From Eubacterium sp. (GTDB taxonomy: Bacteria; Bacillota; Clostridia; Lachnospirales; Lachnospiraceae), in assembly GCA_017540125.1 (NCBI GenBank), contig JAFYBS010000009.1, positions 1 through 61,833 of the forward strand: 61,833 nt of DNA, read 5' to 3'. The number at the start of each line of letters is the position of its first letter. Position 1 is the first letter of the stretch. The position numbers and the translations under genes were made by a program. Positions 37,691 to 47,640 of this stretch are shown here, piece by piece. The notes under the pieces were generated by a model, which was not told the DNA's origin, did no database searches, and worked only from the letters and a program-made list of their open reading frames with translations.

Positions 37691-38461
37691 CTATGGTGAC
37701 AGTCCCCGGATTACCTGGGAGGCCACATCTTTCATCTCGGTAAATACAAAATCCGAGATCGTCGGCAGTGTCTGAACCAACAATATCAGGATTAATAATC
37801 CAACGATCAGTTTGATCTGCATACCGACTACAAACATATTCATCTGCGGAGCGATACGTGCCAGAATTCCCAATACGATATTGATCAGGAACATTCCGCA
37901 GAACATCGGAAGCATGATCCGAAAAGCGATCAGGAAAAAATTGGCGATAAAATCAACTCCTACTTCGACCATATTTCTCGGAAAAACTTCCTGTCCGACA
38001 TTGAAATATTTAAAGGTATCCAGGATGGCGCGGATGATAAAATAATGCATGTTCGTCGCCACCATGGTCAACAAAAACAAGGTGTTATAAATCAACCCTG
38101 TTACCGTTACCTGCGCATGGTTGATCGGGTCAAAGGTGGAAGCCATGGACAATCCCATATCGATATCCATCAGCTGCCCGGCAAAGTTCATGATATAAGT
38201 ACAAGCCAAACACATGAACCCAAGGATCATCCCGACAGCAACTTCCTTGACAACCAGAACAGAATACCCGACTACTCCGGCATAATCCAGAGGAACCACC
38301 GGCGTCATCGGAATAATAACCGCCGACAGCATAATACTGATTCCCACCTTCATGGGAATCGAAACCGCGTTCATACTGAACAGCGGAGCCGTACCGACAA
38401 ATCCGGCGATACGGATAACAACAAGTATATAGTATTCAAGGTTTTCTACCGTGAAATCCAT
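37691..38461 (-). CDS. fliR: Flagellar export protein FliR
   Basis: AGQLMDIDMG, ARIAPQMNMF. Confidence 0.96.
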   Translation of the reverse strand: MDFTVENLEYYILVVIRIAGFVGTAPLFSMNAVSIPMKVGISIMLSAVIIPMTPVVPLDYAGVVGYSVLVVKEVAVGMILGFMCLACTYIMNFAGQLMDIDMGLSMASTFDPINHAQVTVTGLIYNTLFLLTMVATNMHYFIIRAILDTFKYFNVGQEVFPRNMVEVGVDFIANFFLIAFRIMLPMFCGMFLINIVLGILARIAPQMNMFVVGMQIKLIVGLLILILLVQTLPTISDFVFTEMKDVASQVIRGLSP

Positions 38462-38477
38462 ATCTGTTTACTGCCCT

Positions 38478-38747
38478 CTAAACATAATTCGCAAAGGAAT
38501 TGCACATGTTTTCCAAAAACTCCACACAGCTTCCCATAATCCATCCTCCCAGAAGAAGAAGCGCTACAAAAATAGCCAGCAGCTTCGGAACAAAAGTAAG
38601 CGTCTGTTCCTGAATGGAAGTGATGGTCTGAAATATACTGATCACCAGTCCGACGATGAGGGATACCAGCAAAAGCGGCATGGCGCAGCGAAGGACGGTG
38701 AAGATCATCTCGCGGGCGATATCAAGTATATCAGCATCTGTAATCAT
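38478..38747 (-). CDS. fliQ: Flagellar export protein FliQ
   Basis: QTITSIQEQTLTFVPK. Confidence 0.97.
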   Translation of the reverse strand: MITDADILDIAREMIFTVLRCAMPLLLVSLIVGLVISIFQTITSIQEQTLTFVPKLLAIFVALLLLGGWIMGSCVEFLENMCNSFANYV

Positions 38748-38765
38748 AAATGAATTCCCCTATCA

Positions 38766-39629
38766 TCAGCTGTAAAATGTCTTGACCACCTGACCGATGA
38801 GAAGATCCCACCCGTCGGCAAGAATAAACAACAGCAACTTAAATGGCATTGATATGGTTGTTGGCGGTAGCATCATCATACCCATCGACATGAGTGTTGA
38901 CGATACTACCATGTCTATGACAATGAATGGCAGGTAAAGAAGGAAGCCCATGATAAAGGCGGACCGAAGTTCCGATATGATGAAAGCCGGTATCAGGACC
39001 GTCGTCGGAATCTCATCGATGTTCTCTACAGAAACATCATTTTCCTTTTCCTGTATTTCCAAAAATAAGTGGATGTCCTTCTGGTTGGTCTGTTCAAACA
39101 TGAACTGCCGGATCGGTGCCAGGCCGCGGGTCAGTGCCTCCTCCTGCGTGATCTCACCGGCATCGAACGGTTGTATCGCATCCGTGTTGATCTGCGCCAT
39201 CACCGGCGACATGATAAATAAAGTCAAAAACAACGCCAATCCGATCAGAACCTGGTTCGGTGGCGATGTCTGTGTTCCCAAAGCGGTACGAACAAAATGA
39301 AGCACCACAATTATCCTGGTGAACGACGTCATCATCAACAGAATAAACGGTGCTATCGAAATAACCGTCAGAACAAGAAGAATCCTAAGCGGTGCTGACA
39401 GCCCGGTACTTCCTGCATTCGACGATATGGTAAACTGAAAATCATCCGGTGAGTCCGGATCCTGTACTTCTCCGACGGTACCGTTTCCCTCGATGTGATC
39501 CTGATCCGCATCGGATTTTACCGGTGGTGCAGCGTATGCCGTGGTACCACAAAAAAAGGTCAGCACAAGCATGATGATCAGAAGAGAGCATAAGCGAACT
39601 ACAGCTTTTACACCCTTTCTTCTAAACAT
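38766..39629 (-). CDS. fliP: Flagellar export protein FliP
   Basis: MTSFTRI, PPNQVLIGLALFLT, GMMMLPP, PFKLLLF. Confidence 0.98.
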   Translation of the reverse strand: MFRRKGVKAVVRLCSLLIIMLVLTFFCGTTAYAAPPVKSDADQDHIEGNGTVGEVQDPDSPDDFQFTISSNAGSTGLSAPLRILLVLTVISIAPFILLMMTSFTRIIVVLHFVRTALGTQTSPPNQVLIGLALFLTLFIMSPVMAQINTDAIQPFDAGEITQEEALTRGLAPIRQFMFEQTNQKDIHLFLEIQEKENDVSVENIDEIPTTVLIPAFIISELRSAFIMGFLLYLPFIVIDMVVSSTLMSMGMMMLPPTTISMPFKLLLFILADGWDLLIGQVVKTFYS

Positions 39630-39667
39630 ACAACTAACCTCTTTTTACCCTACACAGGAAACAGTTC

Positions 39668-40003
39668 CTATTTTTTTTTCCGAGCTCTGTCAAAAAGATC
39701 CTTGAAGGATTTCTGACTCTGCTCCTGGGTCACCGGTGTCAGATCCAGCTGCTCCTCAGAGAGAGCGGTCAAAAATGATATGTTGTCCTTTGAGACACCG
39801 ATGGCATAGAACTTGTTTCCAAGCTCTATAATCTGAACATACTTGTTCGGTGCAATCTTAAACGTCTCCTTCACATGGATGTTCGGAGAATGTGACTGGA
39901 TGGCACCGTTCTTTCCGATCCATCTGGTCGTAAAGTAGGTCGCTATCAAAACCAACACAAAAACGATAAGGATCGCGACCAACTGTAAGATATTGGACAA
40001 CAT
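39668..40003 (-). CDS. fliO: Flagellar protein FliO/FliZ
   Basis: Single TM plus short beta domain, between cheY and fliP. Confidence 0.85.
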   Translation of the reverse strand: MLSNILQLVAILIVFVLVLIATYFTTRWIGKNGAIQSHSPNIHVKETFKIAPNKYVQIIELGNKFYAIGVSKDNISFLTALSEEQLDLTPVTQEQSQKSFKDLFDRARKKK

Positions 40004-40006
40004 AAA

Positions 40007-40369
40007 TCAACCAATCGCTTTCTTGACAGCCTCCAGTACACGATCTGCCTGGAACGGCTTTACGATAAAGTCTTTCGCGCCGGACTGAATCGACTCGATA
40101 ACCATTGCCTGCTGACCCATTGCGGAACACATGATAACACAAGCATTGGCATCGCCTTCTTTGATTTTCTTCAGCGCCTGGATTCCATCCATCTCCGGCA
40201 TGGTGATGTCCATCATAACCAGATCCGGATTGGTCTCGTTGTACTTCTCAACCGCTTTTGCTCCGTTCTCTGCTTCGCCTGCGACCTCGTAGCCGTTTTT
40301 GGTCAGGATATCCTTGATCATGACTCTCATAAATGCCGCATCATCGCAAATCAAAACACTCTTAGCCAT
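40007..40369 (-). CDS. cheY: Chemotaxis response regulator CheY
   Basis: DDAAFMR, DITMPEMDG, KDFIVKPF. Confidence 0.97.
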   Translation of the reverse strand: MAKSVLICDDAAFMRVMIKDILTKNGYEVAGEAENGAKAVEKYNETNPDLVMMDITMPEMDGIQALKKIKEGDANACVIMCSAMGQQAMVIESIQSGAKDFIVKPFQADRVLEAVKKAIG

Positions 40370-40386
40370 TCTTTACTCTCCTTTTA

Positions 40387-41589
40387 TCAAGATTCTTTGA
40401 TAATCTCGGTCACTCGTATACCGAAGCTCTCTTCGATCACGACAACCTCACCTTTTGCAACAAACTTCCCGTTGACCAGCACATCGATCGGCTCTCCTGC
40501 CAGCTTGTCCAGCTCGATGATGGTTCCCGGTGAAAAATCCAGGATTTCCTTGATCGATTTACTGGTTCTTCCGAGCTCAACGGTTACCTCCAGCGGAACA
40601 TCCATGATGAGATCGATGTTCTCCGGTGCGATACCGGATAGATCCGGGGGTGCCATAAAACTCTGGAACTGCGCCGGTGCGATGTTGTAATCCTGCGGCG
40701 GATATCCATACATCGGCGGTGGTGCCATCTGTGGCTGTTGCATCATCGGTGGAGGTGGCGCCTGGGCTGCAGGTGCCGCCTGCGGTACAGGTTCCGGTGC
40801 CGGAGCTGCCGCAGCAGGTGCCGGGGCAGGTGCTGGTTCCGGAGCGGCCGGTGCCGGAGCAGGCTCCGGTTCGTCCGAAATACCGGCGAATTGCCGATAC
40901 ACCCTTCTGGCAAAATCCACAGGATACAACTGCATGATCTGGCTGTCTACCAAATCACCGATCTCCATATGGAATGCCACCTGTACGAATTGACTTTCAA
41001 CCAACCCCTCCAGCTCACCTTTGATGTTCTCGGCGAGATCCACACGGGTTGCTGTCGGTGGTGAGATATCCACCGTATCATTGATCATGGAAGACATGGA
41101 GGTTGCTGCCGAACCCATCATCTGGTTCATCGCCTCACAGATGGCGCTCAGATGAAGCTCTGACAGTTCCTGATCCGTGCTGGTTCCGTCACCACCCATC
41201 ATCAGATCGGTGATTACCTTGACGTCATCCTCTTTCAGGATCAGGATGTTCTTTCCTTCCAGTCCCTTGACATATGATATATGAATAAACACACAGGGTG
41301 TCGGTTGATCTCTTGAAAGATCATCGATGGATATCGTCGTTACCTGAGGGGTCGTGATATCCACACGGTTATTTACCAGGATCGACAACGTGGTAGCCGC
41401 CGTACCCATACTGATGTTGGCGATTTCGCCAAGCGCATCCGCCTCATCGGCGCTCAGTGAATCCGCGCCTGCCGCTCCATCACCGGGAGCAGCTGTGGCA
41501 ACTTCTTCGGCACCTGCGTCATCGCCGCCGCCTTCTTCCATGCTACCCAGAAGAGCGTTAATCTCTTCCTGCGAAAGCATACCGTCCAT
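40387..41589 (-). CDS. fliY: Motor switch phosphatase FliY
   Basis: [10 protein letters not shown], two CheC-like ExxN motifs, C-terminal FliN domain. Confidence 0.96.
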   Translation of the reverse strand: MDGMLSQEEINALLGSMEEGGGDDAGAEEVATAAPGDGAAGADSLSADEADALGEIANISMGTAATTLSILVNNRVDITTPQVTTISIDDLSRDQPTPCVFIHISYVKGLEGKNILILKEDDVKVITDLMMGGDGTSTDQELSELHLSAICEAMNQMMGSAATSMSSMINDTVDISPPTATRVDLAENIKGELEGLVESQFVQVAFHMEIGDLVDSQIMQLYPVDFARRVYRQFAGISDEPEPAPAPAAPEPAPAPAPAAAAPAPEPVPQAAPAAQAPPPPMMQQPQMAPPPMYGYPPQDYNIAPAQFQSFMAPPDLSGIAPENIDLIMDVPLEVTVELGRTSKSIKEILDFSPGTIIELDKLAGEPIDVLVNGKFVAKGEVVVIEESFGIRVTEIIKES

Positions 41590-41593
41590 CGCG

Positions 41594-42571
41594 CTACTCC
41601 TCTCTATAGATTGATTTTATTTTCACCGCATACGAGTCGTTATATGCGCCCGGTATAGCAGAGAATTTCTTGATATTTCCCACATAGACATCCAGCTCAT
41701 CCTCCAGATGCGTATCGATCTTGATGATATCGCCCGGAAGAAGATGCATGAAATCGTTGACCGAGATGGCGCTTCGCCCCATGATGGCCCGCACCGGAAT
41801 CCTTGCTTTCTGCAGAGACTCCTCGATGACTTCCTTGTAGGTTCCGATTTCCGTGGTTTCGTTGCTTGAATACCAGTTCTTCGTATTCAACTTGTCTATC
41901 ACCGGCTCGATCACATCGTAGGGGATACAGATATTCATCAATCCCTCCGCGGAACCGATCCGGATGTTCATCGTGATGATGGATGTCATCTCATTCGGTG
42001 TAACAAACTGTGCAAACTGAGAGTTCGTCTCGATACGATCCAGCACCGGTTCCAGCTGGGCTACCGTCTGCCACGGCTCCACCAGAAGATTGACACAGAC
42101 CACCATGATCCTCTCGATGATCGTAAGCTCAATCTCCGTGAAATCTCTGGTTTTTTCCAGTGGTTGTCCGTCTCCGCCCAGCATACGATCCACGATGGCA
42201 TATCCCAGCCCCGTGGCCATCTCCATGATGATATTCCCCTCCAGTGGTGAAAAATTCACCACGCCCAGAAGAACCGGGTTGGACAGAGAGTTGGAAAACT
42301 CCTGATATGTGGCGGCCTCGGAATGCATCACCTCGACCTGGACATTTTTCCGGAGATACACCGGAAGTGTCGTCGACAGCAGTCTGGCATAGTGCTCATA
42401 GATGAACACCAGGGTTCGCAGATGCTCTTTGGAAAACTTGCTCGGTCTGGCAAAGTTATAGTCTTTGACCGGGCGCTCATCCTCTTCCTGGGTGGCGTTA
42501 GGATCAAATTCTCCGCTGTTCAATGCAGAGAGGAGATTATCGATCTCGCTCTGCGACAGCACATCACTCAT
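41594..42571 (-). CDS. fliM: Motor switch protein FliM
   Basis: [32 protein letters not shown]. Confidence 0.98.
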   Translation of the reverse strand: MSDVLSQSEIDNLLSALNSGEFDPNATQEEDERPVKDYNFARPSKFSKEHLRTLVFIYEHYARLLSTTLPVYLRKNVQVEVMHSEAATYQEFSNSLSNPVLLGVVNFSPLEGNIIMEMATGLGYAIVDRMLGGDGQPLEKTRDFTEIELTIIERIMVVCVNLLVEPWQTVAQLEPVLDRIETNSQFAQFVTPNEMTSIITMNIRIGSAEGLMNICIPYDVIEPVIDKLNTKNWYSSNETTEIGTYKEVIEESLQKARIPVRAIMGRSAISVNDFMHLLPGDIIKIDTHLEDELDVYVGNIKKFSAIPGAYNDSYAVKIKSIYREE

Positions 42572-42629
42572 AACGCCTCACCTCACTACTACCATTATTC
42601 GCTGTCCGGGCCCCGGAAGGCCACATCAA

Positions 42630-42638
42630 ATTATATCA
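42630..42638 (-). promoter_or_regulatory. Possible extended -10 promoter upstream of fliM
   Basis: TGATATAAT; no good -35. Confidence 0.45.
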
Positions 42639-42686
42639 TAACACATTTATCCGAATAGATAAAGGTTTTTTTTAGAAAAATCATCC

Positions 42687-43199
42687 TTATGCCAGGAAAG
42701 GCTCCGTAAATATGAGCTCTACGATACATTTTGTGTTGTACAGTTCCTGAAGTTTTTTGACGATTTCGCTAGCCACCTTGACCTGATCAAAGTCCGACTT
42801 GGTATGGGAACTGATCGTTTTGATGGAAATATCCTTCACATGTGTCGGATCCGCCTTGACCTGCTCACTGATGGTGGCATAATCCTCCGCTTTCATGTTG
42901 AAAGAAACCACCAGGCCCTTCATACGGAAGACGTGCATCGTGTCATCCCCCTCTTCCGGGAGAAGATTGATGTTCTGAACCGCGTCGTAATCAATCGCGA
43001 AGGACTCCAAATCCGCTATGGTGTAATCCTCGGATTCATCCTTGGTATCGATCTCCAGATCGATGACGGAGGCCACCTTATCGATAAGGTTGGTGGTTTT
43101 TTGCATCGCCGGCATCACTGTAAACACCAGAACCGCTGTCAAAACCAGGTTGATCAGCGTACATGCCATGATGACTACCGTCAGTATGTTCTTCTTCAT
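42687..43199 (-). CDS. fliL: Basal-body associated protein FliL
   Basis: N-terminal TM, position between motB and fliM. Confidence 0.85.
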   Translation of the reverse strand: MKKNILTVVIMACTLINLVLTAVLVFTVMPAMQKTTNLIDKVASVIDLEIDTKDESEDYTIADLESFAIDYDAVQNINLLPEEGDDTMHVFRMKGLVVSFNMKAEDYATISEQVKADPTHVKDISIKTISSHTKSDFDQVKVASEIVKKLQELYNTKCIVELIFTEPFLA

Positions 43200-43219
43200 C
43201 GTATTGTCTCCTATTCCGG

Positions 43220-44377
43220 TTACTTGTTGGTGTAAATACGAAACTCGACTCTTCGGTTTCTGGCGCGACCGGCCGCCGTAGCGTTGCTGGCGATCGGGTC
43301 ATACTCTCCCCTTCCCGTGGTTTCGACATTGTGAGGGTCCAGTTTCTTCACTTCCGTCATGTATTCGAAAACCGAGGTCGCTCTCGCCATGGATAGCCAA
43401 AGGTTGTTAGGATATGTTCCGCTGCTGATGGGAACGGCATCGGTGTGTCCCAGAATCTGTATCCGGTTTCCCTTATACATCTTCAGGATGTTTCCTACCT
43501 TGGAAAGGAGCGGACGGACGGACGGTTTTAACGACGACTGTCCGGAATCAAACAGAAGAGCTCCGTTCATCGTGATCTGGACGTACTGGTTTTTCTTGTC
43601 CATCTGCACCGAGATATCGTCCTCGATGTTTCGATCTTCCGCCGCCTTCATCACTTCCTCATAGGCTTCCTCGTTGCGTTTTTTCTGTTCTGCCGCCTGT
43701 TGCTCCTCCACAGCCTGAACCGTGGCCTTGTCTATGTTATCACCGGTCTTGTTCTGGTCGTTCTGACTCTGGGGATTCTGATCTGTCTGCTGCCCCTGCT
43801 GACCGGTCTCGCTGTCATCCTGTTTGCCACCCTGATCCTGATCCTGGGTCTTGCCATCCTGATTCTGATCCTGGTTTTTGTCCTGATCCTGATCCTGATT
43901 CTGACCCTGGTTCTGATCCTGTTGCTGACCCTGATTCTGGTCCTGAGCCTGCTGATCAGCGTTGTCCTTGGCCTGGCTGTCGTCGGACTTGTTCTGCCCG
44001 TCATCGCTCTTTTGGCCACCCTGGTCTTTGTTCTCGCCCTGTTCGGACGCGGACTCACCGGGCTGCTGATTGCTCTGATCCTCGGTGGCTTCGGCATCAT
44101 CGCCGGAACTCTCAAACTCGTTGAAATACTGCGATATCGCCACGACCTGGTCGGTACCGCTGTCGATGAAGGGCCCCTGTCCCATGGACTGGCCACCGCC
44201 GTCGAAAATATTGATACTTTCGCTCATCGACTTAACTACCTGCTCGTATTTCTCCGCGTCGACCGTCGACATGGAGAACAGAAGCACGAAGAAGCAGAGA
44301 AGGAGGTTCATCAGATCGGCGAACGTGTTGATCCAACCACCGGTGTCGGCGGGTTCGTCTTCTTCGATTTTCGCCAT
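43220..44377 (-). CDS. motB: Stator subunit MotB (PomB/MotS-like TM) with Q/D/N-rich linker
   Basis: WINTFADLMNLLLCFFVLLF TM; OmpA-like domain (GHTD, NRRVEF). Confidence 0.96.
   Translation of the reverse strand: MAKIEEDEPADTGGWINTFADLMNLLLCFFVLLFSMSTVDAEKYEQVVKSMSESINIFDGGGQSMGQGPFIDSGTDQVVAISQYFNEFESSGDDAEATEDQSNQQPGESASEQGENKDQGGQKSDDGQNKSDDSQAKDNADQQAQDQNQGQQQDQNQGQNQDQDQDKNQDQNQDGKTQDQDQGGKQDDSETGQQGQQTDQNPQSQNDQNKTGDNIDKATVQAVEEQQAAEQKKRNEEAYEEVMKAAEDRNIEDDISVQMDKKNQYVQITMNGALLFDSGQSSLKPSVRPLLSKVGNILKMYKGNRIQILGHTDAVPISSGTYPNNLWLSMARATSVFEYMTEVKKLDPHNVETTGRGEYDPIASNATAAGRARNRRVEFRIYTNK
43780..43960 (-). repeat. In-frame degenerate hexamer tandem repeat in motB
   Basis: Repeated CAGGAT/CAGAAT/CAGGGT units encoding QDQNQGQQQDQNQGQNQDQDQDKNQDQNQD. 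Confidence 0.75.
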
Positions 44378-45180
44378 TAAGCCTCACCACCTCCGCCTTC
44401 CTCTTCACCAATGCCCTTGCGTTCACTGGGTGACAGGAAGGATTTTAACTTCTCCTCGATGACACGCGGGTTCTCACCGGCCTGGATCGAGAGGATTCCT
44501 TCACTGATGATGCTCATCATCATAATCTCTTTGGAGTTGATCGCACGGAGCTTAACCGAGATCGGAATACACAGCCAGTTCGCGATCAGCGATCCGTACA
44601 GGGTCGTGATCAGGGCGACCGCCATGTTCGGACCGATGGAGCTCGGATCATCCAGGAGCTTCAACATGTTGATCAGTCCGATCAGGGTACCGATCATTCC
44701 CCAGGCAGGTCCCATTCCTGCGAACGCCTCCCAGAACCCGGCTTTAGCAGAATGTCGCCCGTTGATGGCGCCGATCTCCGTCTCCAGGATCGACGAAACC
44801 AGTTCCTGATCCGTACCGTCGACGATAAGCATGATTCCCTTTTTCATGAATTCATTATCGATATCACCGGCTGCCTCCTCCAGCTGCAGGAGACCTTCCT
44901 TACGGGCCACATTGGCCAGCTCGATCACCTTGGCGATGATTTCGGCGATATCATAGGACGGCGACTTGATGCCGATCAAAAATGTTTTGAGAGAGCCAAC
45001 CCATGCTCCGATGTTGTCGGACTGGATCAACATACACATCAAGGCACCGACAACCACGATGAGGAAAGAGGGCATGTCCCAGAAGTTTCCGAGCGCCGCA
45101 AATCCCTGATCACCGGATACGATACCGTATACTACGGCGGCTGCACATCCGCCCAGACCACCGACTGTAGCTATATCCAA
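44377..45180 (-). CDS. motA: Stator subunit MotA (PomA/MotP-like)
   Basis: ARKEGLL, PAWGMIGTLIGL, MAVALITTLYG, GENPR; TTG start. Confidence 0.96.
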   Translation of the reverse strand: MDIATVGGLGGCAAAVVYGIVSGDQGFAALGNFWDMPSFLIVVVGALMCMLIQSDNIGAWVGSLKTFLIGIKSPSYDIAEIIAKVIELANVARKEGLLQLEEAAGDIDNEFMKKGIMLIVDGTDQELVSSILETEIGAINGRHSAKAGFWEAFAGMGPAWGMIGTLIGLINMLKLLDDPSSIGPNMAVALITTLYGSLIANWLCIPISVKLRAINSKEIMMMSIISEGILSIQAGENPRVIEEKLKSFLSPSERKGIGEEEGGGGEA

Positions 45181-45214
45181 CTTTACTGCACCACCTTTTT
45201 ATGATTTACAAGTC

Positions 45215-45400
45215 TCAAGGAATATGAATCTCTCGTCTCGCCTTCACGACGAGCTCTTTGATTTCCTGTCTGCTTTCCTTCACCAGAACCTTCTTGCCGG
45301 TCGTGAGGGATATCACGGTATCCGGTGTCTCCTCCACGGATTCGATCAAATCGTCATTGAGACTGAGGACGGTACCGTTCATACGCGTGACGTCTATCAT
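45215..45400 (-). CDS. flbD: FlbD/SwrD family protein
   Basis: MIDVTRMNG..LN.DLIE.VEETPDT.ISLTTG. Confidence 0.93.
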   Translation of the reverse strand: MIDVTRMNGTVLSLNDDLIESVEETPDTVISLTTGKKVLVKESRQEIKELVVKARREIHIP

Positions 45401-45449
45401 AAGCACCTCCTAAATCCGCACAAGAGAGCATAGGTCTGATAACTATCCT

Positions 45450-45478
45450 ATTCTACCACGATTGACAAGAGATTTCAA
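45450..45478 (-). promoter_or_regulatory. Internal sigma-A promoter for flbD-motAB
   Basis: TTGAAA-17bp-TAGAAT with extended -10 TG. Confidence 0.75.
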
Positions 45479-45513
45479 GCAAAAATCCGAAAAAATCGGA
45501 AAAAATGGCAAAC

Positions 45514-45538
45514 GGGCGTGATTCGGAGAATCACGCCC
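45514..45538 (-). terminator. Terminator-like hairpin after flgE
   Basis: GGGCGTGATTC-3nt-GAATCACGCCC followed by GTTTGCCATTTTTT. Confidence 0.7.
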
Positions 45539-45561
45539 TGTTACTATTTTCAGCTATTCAA

Positions 45562-47109
45562 TTATCGTTTCAGGTTAACCAGCTCCTCCAGCATGGAATC
45601 GGAGGTGGTGATGACACGCGAGTTAGCCTGGAAACCACGCTGTGTCGTGATCATGGTCGTGAACTCGTTGGCCAGATCCACGTCCGACATCTCGAGAGCG
45701 CCGACACCGAACTTGCCGACCTCACTGATATCGATCCCGACACCGTCGAAGTCACCGGAGTTCTTGGTCGCCGAGAACAGGGAGTTACCCGCTGCCTCCA
45801 GACCGGAGGGGTTTGCGAAGGTCGCTACCGCGATCTGACCGAGAAGGTTTTTATCACCGTTACTGTATACACCGAAGATCTTGCCGTCGGTCTGGACTGA
45901 GAAACCGTTCAGTGAACCGGCCTCGTTACCGGTTCCTTTGCCGTCCTCTGTACCACGGTTCGGCTTCACGTTGCTGACACCGTCCTGCGCGTACATGGTC
46001 AGGCTGGAGAAGTTGAGTGCGATCGCTCCTGTGGTGGCACGGCCGGTTCCCGTTGACTGCAGGTACGGGCTCTCTACCGGTTTGGTACCCTTCTGCAGAC
46101 CCAGCTGGATCGATTTCTGTGCCTCCTGTGTAGCACTACCCGCTGCGTCCGCTCCTCCTACATACTCAAACTCACCGGTAGCACCGGAAAACTTGATATG
46201 AGGCCATGCTGCCGAGGTGGTGGTGATCTCTCCGCTTGTCGATACGGTGTAGGTTACCGCTGCCCCGTTCAGGTTGATCGTCATGAGATCCTCTCCGGTG
46301 GTAGCTACCCAGTTTCCTGTGGTCGGATCCTGCACCTTCAGGAGGGAAGCACCGTCCGAATCCAGGATATCCACCAGCTTCAGACTATACTCGGTATCGG
46401 ATGTCAGGCTGGATTTGAACGCTACGAACTTCGCGGTATTCAGACCGCCGAGCTTGTCATAGAAGCCGACGGAGATCGGAAAACCGGTCATCTGTGTCTC
46501 CGAAACCGTCGTCCCGGTTGCCGTAATGTTGTTCAGCTGAGCATCGTTCTGGTCAAGGTTTCCTTTCATGGTGATATCCGTGGTGGGATTCGGTGCCGAG
46601 TAGGCATTCTCACCACCCATCAGCTGCAGGGTAGTTGCCGTATCCTTCCGGATCTCGCGGTTTCCTTTTCCGTCATCCACAGCCCGCCATCCCAGGATAG
46701 CCGCACCGTTGGTGGTACAGTATAGGGTACCGTTGGCATCCACGTCCAGGGCACCGGACTTGGTGAAGTAGGTGTTTCCGTTCTGCTTGGCGATGAGGAA
46801 CGCATCTCCGTTGATCATGACGTCCATACCGCGGTCGGTTCTCTGGGTAGCACCGGTTCCGGACAGGTCCACTGCCACGGAAGCCACGTTGGCACCGAGA
46901 CCGATCTGGGTAGCGTTGGTACCCGGAGCGCCGGTTTCGGCATTCGGTCCGCTGGCTCCCTGTGCTGTCTGATAGAACACATCGGTGAAGTTTACGCTGG
47001 AAGCACGAAATCCTACGGTGTTTACGTTGGAGATGTTATTACCGATAACGTCCATTCTTGTCTGATGTACTTTCAATCCGGAAATACCGGAAAACAATGA
47101 TCTCATCAT
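45562..47109 (-). CDS. flgE: Flagellar hook protein FlgE
   Basis: MMRSLFSGISG..GNNISNVNTVGF; LEMSDVDLANEFTTMITTQRGFQAN; AGGAGG before ATG 47109. Confidence 0.97.
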   Translation of the reverse strand: MMRSLFSGISGLKVHQTRMDVIGNNISNVNTVGFRASSVNFTDVFYQTAQGASGPNAETGAPGTNATQIGLGANVASVAVDLSGTGATQRTDRGMDVMINGDAFLIAKQNGNTYFTKSGALDVDANGTLYCTTNGAAILGWRAVDDGKGNREIRKDTATTLQLMGGENAYSAPNPTTDITMKGNLDQNDAQLNNITATGTTVSETQMTGFPISVGFYDKLGGLNTAKFVAFKSSLTSDTEYSLKLVDILDSDGASLLKVQDPTTGNWVATTGEDLMTINLNGAAVTYTVSTSGEITTTSAAWPHIKFSGATGEFEYVGGADAAGSATQEAQKSIQLGLQKGTKPVESPYLQSTGTGRATTGAIALNFSSLTMYAQDGVSNVKPNRGTEDGKGTGNEAGSLNGFSVQTDGKIFGVYSNGDKNLLGQIAVATFANPSGLEAAGNSLFSATKNSGDFDGVGIDISEVGKFGVGALEMSDVDLANEFTTMITTQRGFQANSRVITTSDSMLEELVNLKR

Positions 47110-47226
47110 AATTTGGTTCCTCCTTGTGTTTTCCCCCTCTGTCATTCGGGGTTAAGCACGCTTCCTTTGAACTTTCCTCCCGAAAGTCCATCGGGCCGGC
47201 GTGTCATGTACGGTTGTCTGTAAAAA

Positions 47227-47613
47227 TTATCCGATGATCGCTCCGTCGATGTTGGTGAATACGGATCTCTCCGTGTCATTGACTGCGGTAACGACGGTGT
47301 TATTTTTCACGTTGACGATGAATGCCAAATCATCCACCATCACCAGCGATTCCCTCAGTCCTTTGTCCCTCGCCTTGCCTGTCGCTTCGTTCAGGCGGGT
47401 TCTCTGGTCGTCCGTCATTTCGATTTCCCGTGAATCCAGTCGTTTCGTCGCATGCTTGGAAAATCTCACATCATCGACCGCGTTCCTGTCGGTCAGATAC
47501 TCGCCGAAGGTTTTTCCGGCGGCATCCCTGGGCTCTTCGTTCTGGCTTTTTCCGTTTTTCTGCTTCGGAAGGTTTGTGCCAAGATACGAATCGCGGATTT
47601 GCTCGATATTCAT
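47227..47613 (-). CDS. TIGR02530-family flagellar operon protein
   Basis: FSKHATKRLDSR..IVNVKNNTVVTA..VFTNIDGAI; between flgD and flgE. Confidence 0.9.
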   Translation of the reverse strand: MNIEQIRDSYLGTNLPKQKNGKSQNEEPRDAAGKTFGEYLTDRNAVDDVRFSKHATKRLDSREIEMTDDQRTRLNEATGKARDKGLRESLVMVDDLAFIVNVKNNTVVTAVNDTERSVFTNIDGAIIG

Positions 47614-47640
47614 AGGCACCTCCTTGTCCCTGTCGGGAAA

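Noticed and set aside
40700-40870. Pro/Ala-rich repeats in fliY (also cheA, flhF, infB)
   Set aside because: Ordinary flexible linkers in these families
43780-43960. CRISPR array or non-coding repeat
   Set aside because: Degenerate in-frame hexamers inside motB with no repeat-spacer structure; no cas genes in the window
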